This document shows, in pieces, positions 63,836 to 64,000 of a stretch of 64,000 nt of DNA. Source of the DNA: Leucoraja erinacea. Its lineage: Eukaryota. The notes below the pieces were generated by a model. That model ran no database searches. It worked only from the letters and a program-made list of their open reading frames with translations, and was not told the origin of the DNA. Position 1 is the stretch's first letter; each line of letters starts with the position of its first letter. A program made the translations under genes and the position numbers. Location of the stretch: the NCBI RefSeq assembly GCF_028641065.1, contig NC_073397.1:12648001-12712000 (forward strand). Direction: 5' to 3'.

Positions 63836-64000
63836 TTAGATAAAACTGGCTGACTGGTGTGTATGCAACTTGAAACTGTAAAAGTATTATTTTAGTTTGT
63901 TGATAACTTCATTATCTAAAATAATGACAGGGAAGCAAGATAGTTTAGCTAGCTATTTAGTGATTTAAAGGCATCACTGACTGAAGAGCTTTGAGCATGT

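Overview
Repeat-dense, apparently non-coding vertebrate DNA. The repeat set (CR1/HER1-type LINEs, HE1/V-SINE-type SINEs, Rex1-like LINEs, Penelope-like elements) suggests a cartilaginous fish, probably a skate or ray; this is inference. No host protein-coding exon could be supported, and every recognisable ORF is transposon-derived. Main elements: a 5'-truncated, TSD-flanked L1 (30109-35193) with a nested CR1; a full-length decayed Tc1 (12640-15071) with a nested 9-bp-TSD foldback/Mutator-like element; a decayed Penelope-like element (RT plus GIY-YIG); a Rex1-like LINE; three Harbinger-type MITEs; and two near-identical ~970-bp TA-TSD MITEs in opposite orientation about 37 kb apart. The most interesting signal is a family of short Penelope-derived hairpin insertions. 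They carry minimal hammerhead-ribozyme cores (CTGAAGA-stem-GAAAC-GTC), several have their own TSDs, and the one with an intact core lies inside a DNA-transposon MITE. All classifications come from reading the sequence by eye, and no database searches were run.
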